NCBI GenBank assembly: GCA_018645865.1
Contig: JABGVU010000099.1
Location: forward strand, 5,291-69,290
DNA: 64,000 nucleotides
From: Flavobacteriales bacterium
GTDB taxonomy: Bacteria > Bacteroidota > Bacteroidia > Flavobacteriales > BACL11
Reading direction: 5' to 3'
The notes under the pieces were generated by a model. That model was not told where the DNA came from. It saw nothing but the letters and a program-made list of their open reading frames with translations, and ran no database searches. Shown here piece by piece: positions 20,786 to 31,038 of the stretch. Every line of letters starts with the position of its first letter. The stretch's first letter is position 1. Both the position numbers and the translations under genes were made by a program.

Positions 20786-22111
20786 ATGGAAGAGAGCAAT
20801 CAACATATAAATACAGGAGAATATATGGTAGGTCTTGATATTGGTACTACCAAAATATCTGTTATGATTGGCAAGAAAAATCAGTATGGAAAATTAGAGA
20901 TATTAGGAACGGGTAGAGCAGTTTCTAATGGAGTAGCTAGAGGAATTGTAGCTAATATTGATAAAACTGTTGATTCAATAAAAGAGACAATAAAAGAGGC
21001 AAATAAAAAATCAGGAATGGAAATTGATGAAGTTTTTGTTGGTATTGCTGGTCAGCACATAAAAAGCTTACAACATAGAGGAGAATTGGTTAGAGATAAT
21101 ATTGAGATTGAGATTGAAAAAGCTGATATTGATAAGTTGAAATCCAATATGTTTAAGCTAATTACTATTCCAGGAGAGGAAGTAATTCATGTTATTCCTC
21201 AGGAGTACACTGTGGATGGTGAAGATGGGATACAAGACCCTAAAGGTATGGCGGGAGTAAAGTTAGAAGCTAATTTTCATGTAATTACTGCTCAAGTTGG
21301 CGCTGTTCGTAACATTATAAGATGTGTGGAAAAAGCAGGCTTAACGCCTAAAGAATTAGTGCTAGAGCCTTTTGCCTCAGCAGTTGCTACCTTGGATGAA
21401 GATGAATTAAGAGAAGGAGTTGCCTTGGTAGATATAGGTGGTGGAACAACTGATGTAGCTATTTTTTTAGATAATATTATTCGTCATACTGCAGTAATAC
21501 CTTTTGGAGGAAATGTGATTACTAAGGATATTAAAACGGGATTATCTATTTTAGAAAAGCAGGCTGAGTTGTTGAAAGTAAAATTTGGTTCAGCAATGTA
21601 CACAGAGGATCAGGAAAATGTAATGGTGTCTATTCCAGGTTTAAGAGGAAGAGAGCCAAAGGAAATAGCGGTAAAAAACTTGTCAGAAATTATAGGCGCT
21701 CGTTATAAAGAGATTATTGATTTGGTATATCATCAGATTAAAGTTTCTGGTTATGAAAATAAATTGATGACAGGAATAGTAATTACTGGAGGTGGTGCGC
21801 AAATAAGAAACCTAAAGCAGTTAGTTGCTTTTGTTACAGGAAAGGAAACACGTATAGGTTACCCTAACGAACATTTAGGAAGTGAATCAAAGGATACTGT
21901 TGTTAGCCCAATGTATGCTACAGGTGTAGGCTTAGTAATGAAAGGGTTTGAGCATGCTGAATATACTAATGCTCCATCAAAAAGAACAACCAATATCAAC
22001 CCTGATGAAAATACAGAGATAGATGACTCGGTAGAAGATGGAGAGCAAAGTGTTGAGCCGACCTTGATGGATAGGTTTACAGGATGGTTTACTGAAGAAA
22101 ATATAGATTAA
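20786..22111 (+). CDS. ftsA: Cell division protein FtsA
   Basis: GLDIGTTKI, DIGGGTTD, ITGGGAQ, YATGVGL. Confidence 0.97.
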   Translation: MEESNQHINTGEYMVGLDIGTTKISVMIGKKNQYGKLEILGTGRAVSNGVARGIVANIDKTVDSIKETIKEANKKSGMEIDEVFVGIAGQHIKSLQHRGELVRDNIEIEIEKADIDKLKSNMFKLITIPGEEVIHVIPQEYTVDGEDGIQDPKGMAGVKLEANFHVITAQVGAVRNIIRCVEKAGLTPKELVLEPFASAVATLDEDELREGVALVDIGGGTTDVAIFLDNIIRHTAVIPFGGNVITKDIKTGLSILEKQAELLKVKFGSAMYTEDQENVMVSIPGLRGREPKEIAVKNLSEIIGARYKEIIDLVYHQIKVSGYENKLMTGIVITGGGAQIRNLKQLVAFVTGKETRIGYPNEHLGSESKDTVVSPMYATGVGLVMKGFEHAEYTNAPSKRTTNINPDENTEIDDSVEDGEQSVEPTLMDRFTGWFTEENID

Positions 22112-22139
22112 TAAATTAATAAATTCAAAAAAGAAAATT

Positions 22140-23786
22140 ATGAGTGCAATTGACTTAGGAATGGATTTCCAGATGCCAAAAAACCAATCTTCACAAATAA
22201 AAGTGATGGGTATTGGAGGTGGAGGTAGTAATGCTGTAAATTACATGTTCGAACATGGAATTAAGGGAGTAGATTTTGTGATCTGTAACACAGATGAACA
22301 AGCTCTTGAAGCAAGTCCAGTGCCAATTAAAATTCAGTTAGGAGCTAACTTAACAGAAGGTTTAGGAGCAGGTTCTAATCCTGAAATAGGTAAAAAAGCA
22401 GCTGAAGAAAGTGCGGATAGAATTACTGAGCTGTTAGATGCTAATACTAAAATGTTGTTTTTAACTGCTGGCATGGGTGGTGGTACTGGTACGGGAGCTG
22501 CTCCTGTAATCGCTGAAATTGCGCGTGAAAAAGGAATTCTTACTGTAGGAGTGGTTACAAATCCGTTTTCTACAGAAGGAGGTTATCGTAAGCAATATGC
22601 TGAAGATGGCTTAGCCGAATTAAAAAAATATGTAGATACTTTATTAATTATTAATAACGATAAGTTAATTGAGGTATATGGTGACCTTACTTTTACTCAA
22701 GCGTTTGGAAAAGCAAATGAGGTGTTGAATACGGCTACAAAAGGAATTGCTGAAGTAATTTCACAGCATTTATTAGTTAATATTGACTTAAATGATGCTC
22801 GTAAGGTATTAGAAAATAGCGGTACTGCTGTAATGGGGCAAGCTATTGCAGAAGGAGAAAATAGAGCTATTGAGGCTGTAATAGGAGCTTTGGATTCTCC
22901 GCTATTAAATGATAACGATATTACTGGAGCTCAGCAAGTATTGTTAAAAATCGTAACCGGTACTGGGGATGATGAAATAAAAATGTCAGAGCTATTCAAA
23001 ATTAAAAATAAAATACAAGAAGCAGCTGGTAAAGATGTAAATATTATTGAAGGAATTGGTATTGATACTGAATTAGGCGCTGCTGTAAGTGTAACGGTTG
23101 TGGCTACAGGTTTTCAGGAGAAAAGAAAACCTAAAGGAACAACTATTGTTGGATTGAATGAAGAGCAAGAAGAAGATGTTAAAATTAATGAGAAGATTGA
23201 ATCTTCTTTGAGCATTGAGCCAGTTTTAGATTTATTGTCAAATGACAGTTCTCAGCATATTTTGGATTTGGAAGATAAAGAGTATATTGCTCCAATTGAT
23301 GAGTTAATGACTTTTGGAACGACTGAGGCCGTTGAGGAAATTCCTCAAATTGAGGAAAAAAAGATAGTTTTTGAGTTGAATACTGATACAAAAGAAGAAA
23401 CTCCTGAGCAAGTAATTAGCTCTATTCTACAGGAAGAATTAGAAGTAGAGATGAAAACTGTTGTCTTAGAAATGGATGATGAGGTAGAAGTTGAGGAGGA
23501 TACATTAAGAACTTTGGAAAACATTCCTAAAGTTAGTTCAGATAATATGAAAGTGGAGGCCAGGGAGCGTGAAAGTAGGTTGCGGGCTATTTCTCAGCAG
23601 TTACGCACACCCTCAGGCTTAACAAACTTAGAAGATATTCCTGCTTATAAGCGTAATGAAATTGAGTTAGATACAACTTCTCATTCAGCTGAAAATGAAA
23701 TGTCAACCTATACTTTAAGTGATGGAAAAAATAATTCTACAGAATTAAAGCAAAATAATTCTTTTTTGCACGATAATGTAGATTAA
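22140..23786 (+). CDS. ftsZ: Cell division protein FtsZ
   Basis: GIGGGGSNAV, GMGGGTGTG tubulin signature, long acidic linker, C-terminal NNSFLHDNVD. Confidence 0.98.
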   Translation: MSAIDLGMDFQMPKNQSSQIKVMGIGGGGSNAVNYMFEHGIKGVDFVICNTDEQALEASPVPIKIQLGANLTEGLGAGSNPEIGKKAAEESADRITELLDANTKMLFLTAGMGGGTGTGAAPVIAEIAREKGILTVGVVTNPFSTEGGYRKQYAEDGLAELKKYVDTLLIINNDKLIEVYGDLTFTQAFGKANEVLNTATKGIAEVISQHLLVNIDLNDARKVLENSGTAVMGQAIAEGENRAIEAVIGALDSPLLNDNDITGAQQVLLKIVTGTGDDEIKMSELFKIKNKIQEAAGKDVNIIEGIGIDTELGAAVSVTVVATGFQEKRKPKGTTIVGLNEEQEEDVKINEKIESSLSIEPVLDLLSNDSSQHILDLEDKEYIAPIDELMTFGTTEAVEEIPQIEEKKIVFELNTDTKEETPEQVISSILQEELEVEMKTVVLEMDDEVEVEEDTLRTLENIPKVSSDNMKVEARERESRLRAISQQLRTPSGLTNLEDIPAYKRNEIELDTTSHSAENEMSTYTLSDGKNNSTELKQNNSFLHDNVD

Positions 23787-23813
23787 TAATATGTAATTAA
23801 ACTGTTAGTTTTT

Positions 23814-23850
23814 ATTGAAAAGCTCTGCTGTATTGATAGAGCTTTTTAAT
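23814..23850 (+). terminator. Intrinsic terminator after ftsZ
   Basis: AAAAGCTCT...AGAGCTTTT inverted repeat, about 30 nt after the stop. Confidence 0.75.
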
Positions 23851-23958
23851 TTATTATGCATAGCATAACACTTTATTTGAGGATATTTATTTTTGCGTCA
23901 TAATTAACTAGTTTTCTGTAATTGATGAATACTTCTTTGATTATGTAACATTAAATAT

Positions 23959-24219
23959 ATGAGAATAATTTTTATAATTTTAATTTTTCCTTTAGCTCTT
24001 TGTGGTCAGGATAATAATGTAGGTAATCCTTGTGATGCCGCTATAAATGTGGTGTTAGAACTTACTGCAAATTATTTGCAGCATAAAAATTATGTTGAAC
24101 TTAATTTTAAATTAGAAATTACTACTAAAAATGATGGCATTGATTGGAATGATGCTCAACGTATAAAATGGCAAATAATTGAACCAGAAGATTCACTAAA
24201 AATAATTACAAATGATTAA
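23959..24219 (+). CDS. Hypothetical protein with signal peptide (possibly a fragment)
   Basis: MRIIFIILIFPLALCGQ signal-like start; overlaps the next ORF by 8 nt. Confidence 0.5.
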   Translation: MRIIFIILIFPLALCGQDNNVGNPCDAAINVVLELTANYLQHKNYVELNFKLEITTKNDGIDWNDAQRIKWQIIEPEDSLKIITND

Positions 24220-24550
24220 GAAAATACTTTTTCTTTTAATTACGCTAACTACATTTGCTAATGTGAGTTATGCTTCTTTTCCTGTGAAGGAAGCAGAAGA
24301 AACAGAGATTATTAAAGTAACTACTTCAAACAATATTGAAGTTCCTAGGAATAATGGATCATGGATATATGGTATGTTAAGTATTTTGTTTCTCCTATTG
24401 GCATTGATTTTAGCTTTCATAATTATTGTTGGGATGCTAACAATGAGTCCTTTACTTAGTGGTCCTGCAATGGTAAACTATATTTCTATAGGCATATTAT
24501 CATTTATAGCTGCAATTGTGTTGGGAATAATTGCTATTGTTAAAAAATAA
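24212..24550 (+). CDS. Hypothetical membrane protein (signal peptide plus two C-terminal TM helices)
   Basis: MIKKILFLLITLTTFANVSYA-SFPV, polar linker, two hydrophobic segments. Confidence 0.65.
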   Translation: MIKKILFLLITLTTFANVSYASFPVKEAEETEIIKVTTSNNIEVPRNNGSWIYGMLSILFLLLALILAFIIIVGMLTMSPLLSGPAMVNYISIGILSFIAAIVLGIIAIVKK

Positions 24551-24564
24551 ATCTAAATAATTTT

Positions 24565-24630
24565 ATGAGTAAAAAACTACTTTTCCTGTTTATTGCACTG
24601 TTTAGCTTAGGGTCAGGTATTGGCGGGTAA
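24565..24630 (+). pseudogene. Signal-peptide-only gene stub (MSKKLLFLFIALFSLGSGIGG*)
   Basis: 21-codon ORF read by hand; resembles the preceding ORF's signal peptide and stops just before the groEL terminator. Confidence 0.4.
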
Positions 24631-24634
24631 TAAC

Positions 24635-24670
24635 AAAAAAATCCCTACCAAACTGGCAGGGATTTCTTTT
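24635..24670 (-). terminator. Intrinsic terminator of groESL (possibly bidirectional)
   Basis: Minus strand AAATCCCTGCCA-GTT-TGGTAGGGATTT followed by a T run. Confidence 0.85.
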
Positions 24671-24689
24671 AATATCTATTGCATTTCGA

Positions 24690-26327
<1,638 letters not shown>

Positions 26328-26609
26328 TTATTTTATGATTGCTAAAATGTCCGATTCTCTCATGATGAGATAATCCTCTCCTTCATGTTTTAATTCTGTT
26401 CCTGCATATTTTCCGTACAATACAGTGTCGCCAGCTTTCACAGTAATAGGATTATCTTTAGTTCCTTTACCACATGAAATTACACTTCCTTTTTGTGGTT
26501 TTTCTTGCGCAGTGTCTGGTATTATAATTCCTGACTCAGTAGTGGTTTCAGCTGCTGCTTGTTTCACAATTACCCTGTCAGCAAGAGGGATGATATTTAT
26601 CTTTGGCAT
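26328..26609 (-). CDS. groES: Co-chaperonin GroES
   Basis: [35 protein letters not shown]. Confidence 0.98.
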   Translation of the reverse strand: MPKINIIPLADRVIVKQAAAETTTESGIIIPDTAQEKPQKGSVISCGKGTKDNPITVKAGDTVLYGKYAGTELKHEGEDYLIMRESDILAIIK

Positions 26610-26784
26610 ATTTATTATTTTGTTAGTTGTTTTTAGTATTGCTAAAGCATACCTTAGTATATTTTTTACAAAAATAAATAAAATTATTTCAAATTAGATA
26701 TAATCTATTTAGTTTAATTTTAAAAATTTGAGTTAGAGATTTAGTAATTGAGGATAATATTCAATCAAAAAAATTACAGATAAC

Positions 26785-27108
26785 TTACTCTCCTTGTGTA
26801 GGATTAGATGGCAAGTTTTGAATTACAGCGTTATCAATTTGTTCTTGTGCTTTTATCTCAACATTATTCTCAGTATTTTCTCTTGGGATAGCAAAGTTAG
26901 ATAATAAGCTTAAGGAAATTAATGCAATAGCTAAAGTCCAAGTTGCTTTTTCTAAAAAGTCAGTTGTTTTTTTAGCGCCCATAATTTGATTTCCGCCACC
27001 TCCACCAAATGATGATGATAATCCACCGCCTTTAGGGTTTTGAACTAAGACAACTAATACTAATAGGATAGATGTTATAATAATAAGGATTGCAAAAATC
27101 GTATACAT
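26785..27108 (-). CDS. secG: Preprotein translocase subunit SecG
   Basis: VQNPKGGGLSSSFGG, TTDFLEKATW. Confidence 0.95.
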   Translation of the reverse strand: MYTIFAILIIITSILLVLVVLVQNPKGGGLSSSFGGGGGNQIMGAKKTTDFLEKATWTLAIALISLSLLSNFAIPRENTENNVEIKAQEQIDNAVIQNLPSNPTQGE

Positions 27109-27109
27109 T

Positions 27110-27763
27110 TTATTTTTCTTTTAATTTATTAATCAATTTAATTTGGTTTGCAAATAAACTATTTTTTTCTGGATATTTCAAACATAATTTTGTGTAAGCT
27201 GAAATGGCCTTTTCATAATAGCCTTGTTCCAAGTAAACCTTAGCTAAAGTTGGAGTAACTAAGCTCTCATTCTCAATTAAACTTTCCTTAGCTAGATCCA
27301 TAGGTTTAAAGAAAGTAGTCTTTTTAGGTTTGTTAATGCTTATTTCTTTATCAATAAAATTATCAATTATTTGTTTTTTGTTGGGTTTAGGTGTCCTGTC
27401 AATTTTCTTGACTTTTGATAAAGCTAACCATTCTGAAAATGAATATTCTTCTTCTTTATCAAAAGCTAAAGGCTGTCCTATTGTTAAAGTATCTTCTATT
27501 TTGTTACTTATATTTACAATGATTGGTTGCTCAATTTTGTTTAAGATAATAAGTTTAAAAAGTTGTTTTCTATCTAAAGCATAAGCAGCAGCTTGTTTTA
27601 ATTGTCGATTATAGCGAGTACTATCCGTATTTAAAAGTCCTTTGGTTATTAGTAATTGGGCAGTTTGATAGTAGGGAAATTCTTGTAATAAGCCATCTAG
27701 TATAGTGATATCCTCACTAGAAATTTGCTGTGGATTTTGAATATGTTGTACTAAATTATCCAT
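27110..27763 (-). CDS. Conserved hypothetical protein with C-terminal TPR
   Basis: FPYYQTAQ N-terminus, SFSEWL, TPTLAKVYLEQGYYEKAI...KYPEK; start at TAATG overlap with lptE. Confidence 0.8.
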   Translation of the reverse strand: MDNLVQHIQNPQQISSEDITILDGLLQEFPYYQTAQLLITKGLLNTDSTRYNRQLKQAAAYALDRKQLFKLIILNKIEQPIIVNISNKIEDTLTIGQPLAFDKEEEYSFSEWLALSKVKKIDRTPKPNKKQIIDNFIDKEISINKPKKTTFFKPMDLAKESLIENESLVTPTLAKVYLEQGYYEKAISAYTKLCLKYPEKNSLFANQIKLINKLKEK

Positions 27764-28257
27764 TACCAATTTACAAATGCTTTATTGAAAACGTCCTCTG
27801 CTAACTCATTCGTTATTTCTTCAATTAAAGTCTTTTCAATATCTGAAATATTTTGAGCACTATCATAATCACGATAGCGACTAAAGGTGTGTTCAAAGTT
27901 ATTTTCAGCATCTAAACTATTGTTATAAGTTACTTTTACAGCAATAGTCAATCGGTTTTGACCAGCTGTTTCATTAGCCTTAATTGCCATTGGCTTTATT
28001 TGATATTTGCTTATGTAACCGCTAAAACTTAAGTCACCTTCATTTTTACTCAAGCTTAAATTAGTTTGCTTTAGGAACATATCCTTTAGCAGTTCTGTAA
28101 AAACTTGACTTAAAGAAGGGTGTACAGTAGCTGCATTGTTGTTAAAGTAGTCTACCGATATTGTTTTGGCTTCTGTAGAAATTGATGCACCCGTAAAAGA
28201 ATAAACTCCACATGAAGTAAGAGAAATATTGAGTAGAATTGTTAAAATTAGTTTCAT
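27763..28257 (-). CDS. lptE: LPS assembly lipoprotein LptE family
   Basis: Lipobox LTSC, GVYSFTGAS, DVFNKAFVNW end typical of Bacteroidota LptE-like proteins. Confidence 0.85.
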   Translation of the reverse strand: MKLILTILLNISLTSCGVYSFTGASISTEAKTISVDYFNNNAATVHPSLSQVFTELLKDMFLKQTNLSLSKNEGDLSFSGYISKYQIKPMAIKANETAGQNRLTIAVKVTYNNSLDAENNFEHTFSRYRDYDSAQNISDIEKTLIEEITNELAEDVFNKAFVNW

Positions 28258-29429
28258 TATAAACCGAATTCTTTTAGTTTTCTATATAAAGTTCTTTCTG
28301 ATATTCCAAGTTCAGCTGCAGCATCTTTTCGTTTTCCTTTGTGTTTTAATAAGGACTTTTCAATCAGTCTTTTCTCTTGTTCAAATAAGGATAAAGATTC
28401 TTCAACTTCAATCAACCCAGTTCTATCATTTTGATTTATTACTATGCTAGTTTCATCTGTTTCTTTAAACAGGGTAGGGTTTGCCATTTGCATTATTTCA
28501 GTGTTTCCTTGTTTCTGTATCAAGTCAAAAGTAATCTTTTTTAATTCCGTTAAGTCTCTTCTCATATCAAAAAGCACTTTGTACAGGATTTCTCTTTCTG
28601 ATAAATCGGCTTTATTTTTGTCCTCAAACTTAACTAAACCATTAGTTGAAATATTAGGTAATTGCTCTTGTAATTTATCAGATGTTATCGTTCTTTCTTT
28701 TTCAATAACTGAAAGTTGAGCCACAAAATTGCGCAATTGCCTAATGTTTCCTGGCCAGTTATAATCTTTGAGTATCTCTACAGCATCATCAGTAATTCGT
28801 ATTGGTGGTGTGTTGTATTGGTCAGCAAAATCAGCTGCAAATTTCCGAAATAATAAATAAATATCATCACCTCTTTTTCGTAGTGGTGGCAATTGTATGC
28901 TCACGGTGTTTAATCGGTAATATAAATCCTCTCTGAATTTTCCTTGCTTAACGGCTTCCAATATATTTACATTTGTTGCAGCAATAATTCTAACATCAGT
29001 TTGTTGAGCTTTGGAAGATCCTACTTTAATAATTTCTCCATTCTCCAACACTCGTAATAATCTTGCTTGTGATGCCATTGGTAGCTCTCCCACCTCATCT
29101 AAAAATATAGTCCCTCCGTTTGCAGCTTCAAAATATCCTTTACGACTATCGTGTGCTCCTGTAAACGAGCCTTTTTCGTGTCCAAATAATTCGCTATCAA
29201 TTGTTCCTTCAGGTATAGCGCCACAATTTACAGCAATATAAGGTGCATGCTTTCTTTTACTATTCTGATGAATAATTTTTGGAATATTTTCTTTACCAGT
29301 ACCACTTTCTCCTACCACCAAAACTGAAATGTCAGTAGGAGCAACTTGCAAGGCTACATCAATTGCTCTTGTAAGTTTTGAACTATTTCCAATAATCCCA
29401 AATCTTTGTTTAGCTTGCTGATTATTCAT
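28257..29429 (-). CDS. Sigma54-dependent transcriptional activator (AAA+ and Fis HTH, no receiver domain)
   Basis: [57 protein letters not shown]. Confidence 0.93.
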   Translation of the reverse strand: MNNQQAKQRFGIIGNSSKLTRAIDVALQVAPTDISVLVVGESGTGKENIPKIIHQNSKRKHAPYIAVNCGAIPEGTIDSELFGHEKGSFTGAHDSRKGYFEAANGGTIFLDEVGELPMASQARLLRVLENGEIIKVGSSKAQQTDVRIIAATNVNILEAVKQGKFREDLYYRLNTVSIQLPPLRKRGDDIYLLFRKFAADFADQYNTPPIRITDDAVEILKDYNWPGNIRQLRNFVAQLSVIEKERTITSDKLQEQLPNISTNGLVKFEDKNKADLSEREILYKVLFDMRRDLTELKKITFDLIQKQGNTEIMQMANPTLFKETDETSIVINQNDRTGLIEVEESLSLFEQEKRLIEKSLLKHKGKRKDAAAELGISERTLYRKLKEFGL

Positions 29430-29431
29430 AT

Positions 29432-30877
29432 TTAAATAACTTTACCTTTTAGTGTTGCTGATGTACAATCATCGATTTTCACCATTACATACTCACCTAG
29501 TTTATGATTCCCTTTTTCAAATATCACGGCTGAATTATGAGTTGTTCTTCCGTAAAAGTGTTGATCTGATTTTTTTGAATCTCCCTCGATCAAAACCTCA
29601 AAAGTTTTTCCTAATTTTTCTTGCATGTGTAGAAGAGAATGATCTTGTTGTTTTTTAATGATCTCAGATAGCCTTCTTTGTTTTACATCTTCTTTCACAT
29701 CATCCTCCATTCTTGCGGCAGGTGTGTTTGGTCTTACTGAATATTTAAACATGTATCCAAAATCATAAGTTACATAGTCCATTAAGGAAAGTGTTTTCTT
29801 ATGATCTTCTTCAGTTTCTGAGCAAAAGCCAATTATCATATCCATTGAGATAGCACAATTAGGAATTCGTTCTTTGATGTCATCAACTAATTTAAAGTAT
29901 TCTTCTCTATCATAACCTCTGTTCATGAGTTTTAAGATGCGTGAGCTTCCAGATTGAACAGGTAGATGTATGTGATCACAAATATTTATGTATTTTGACA
30001 TAGTATCAATCACTTCTACCCGCATATCTTGCGGATTAGAAGTTGAAAAACGAACTCTTAATTTTGGATTAACTTGTGCTACTTTATCCAAAAGATTAGC
30101 AAAGTTTAAGCTATTTTCTTTTGCATCAGCACTTACTTTCTTAAAATCTTTTTTTGCCCCTCCTCCGTACCATAAATAGGAGTCTACATTTTGTCCTAAA
30201 AGTGTAATTTCTCTATATCCATCATTGAATAAATCTTGGCATTCTTTTAAGATACTTTCAGGGTTTCTACTTCTTTCTCTTCCTCTGGTGTAAGGAACTA
30301 CACAAAAGGTGCACATGTTATCGCATCCTCTTGTTATAGATACAAATGCAGTTACGCCGTTCCCTCCTAATCGAACAGGGTTAATATCAGCATAAGTTTC
30401 TTCTAAGGATAAAAATACATTTACGGCTTTTCTTCCATCTTCTACTTGTGCAATTAAGTTGGGTAAATCTCTATATGAATCAGGTCCGACAACAATGTCT
30501 ACTAATTTTTCTTCTTCTAGAAATTTTTCTTTTAAGCGTTCAGCCATACAGCCTAAAACACCAACTAACATGCTTGGGTTTTTATCTCTTTTTATTGAGT
30601 TATAAAATTCTAATCGTTTACGAACAGTAAGCTCTGCTTTTTCTCTTATTGAGCAAGTATTTACAAATACTAAATCAGCTTCAGTAATATTCTTTGTTGT
30701 AGAAAAACCTTCCTTATCAAGAATAGAAGCAACAATTTCGCTATCTGAAAAATTCATTTGACAGCCGTAACTTTCAATATACATCTTGCGGCTTGCCTTT
30801 TTATTTTCAGATAATTGCAAAATCTCTCCTTGCTTACTCTCATCAATATTTTTTTGTAACAATTTTTCTATGCTCAT
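29432..30877 (-). CDS. miaB: tRNA-2-methylthio-N6-dimethylallyladenosine synthase
   Basis: [17 protein letters not shown], radical [23 protein letters not shown] tail. Confidence 0.97.
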   Translation of the reverse strand: MSIEKLLQKNIDESKQGEILQLSENKKASRKMYIESYGCQMNFSDSEIVASILDKEGFSTTKNITEADLVFVNTCSIREKAELTVRKRLEFYNSIKRDKNPSMLVGVLGCMAERLKEKFLEEEKLVDIVVGPDSYRDLPNLIAQVEDGRKAVNVFLSLEETYADINPVRLGGNGVTAFVSITRGCDNMCTFCVVPYTRGRERSRNPESILKECQDLFNDGYREITLLGQNVDSYLWYGGGAKKDFKKVSADAKENSLNFANLLDKVAQVNPKLRVRFSTSNPQDMRVEVIDTMSKYINICDHIHLPVQSGSSRILKLMNRGYDREEYFKLVDDIKERIPNCAISMDMIIGFCSETEEDHKKTLSLMDYVTYDFGYMFKYSVRPNTPAARMEDDVKEDVKQRRLSEIIKKQQDHSLLHMQEKLGKTFEVLIEGDSKKSDQHFYGRTTHNSAVIFEKGNHKLGEYVMVKIDDCTSATLKGKVI

Positions 30878-30895
30878 TTTTGTGTCTTTGAAATG

Positions 30896-30903
30896 CAAAA
30901 ATA
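30896..30903 (-). promoter_or_regulatory. -7 box (TATTTTTG) for the miaB operon
   Basis: Exact TAnnTTTG, 18 nt before ATG 30877. Confidence 0.6.
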
Positions 30904-30938
30904 GTAAAAACTGACAATCTGGCAGTAATTTATTTTAC

Positions 30939-30958
30939 TTATATTATATATAATATAA
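30939..30958. repeat. Perfect 20-bp all-AT palindrome TTATATTATATATAATATAA
   Basis: Checked by hand as self-complementary; flanked by TGGCAGT (30920-30926) and ACTGCCA (30964-30970). Confidence 0.9.
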
Positions 30959-31038
30959 TAGAAACTGCCAAGTTTTTTCGATTTGTTTTATTCAAAAAAA
31001 GTTCCTTTAATTTGCAGCACATTTCTAAAATATAAAAA

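Noticed and set aside
8681..23786. Absence of murF, murB and ddl from the dcw cluster
   Set aside because: This reduced gene order is normal for Bacteroidota
26630..26662. Possible CIRCE or sigma54 promoter upstream of groES (minus strand AAGGTATGCTTTAGCAATAC)
   Set aside because: Only a partial TTAGCA half-site with no matching second arm; GG-to-GC spacing is 9 nt rather than the required 10
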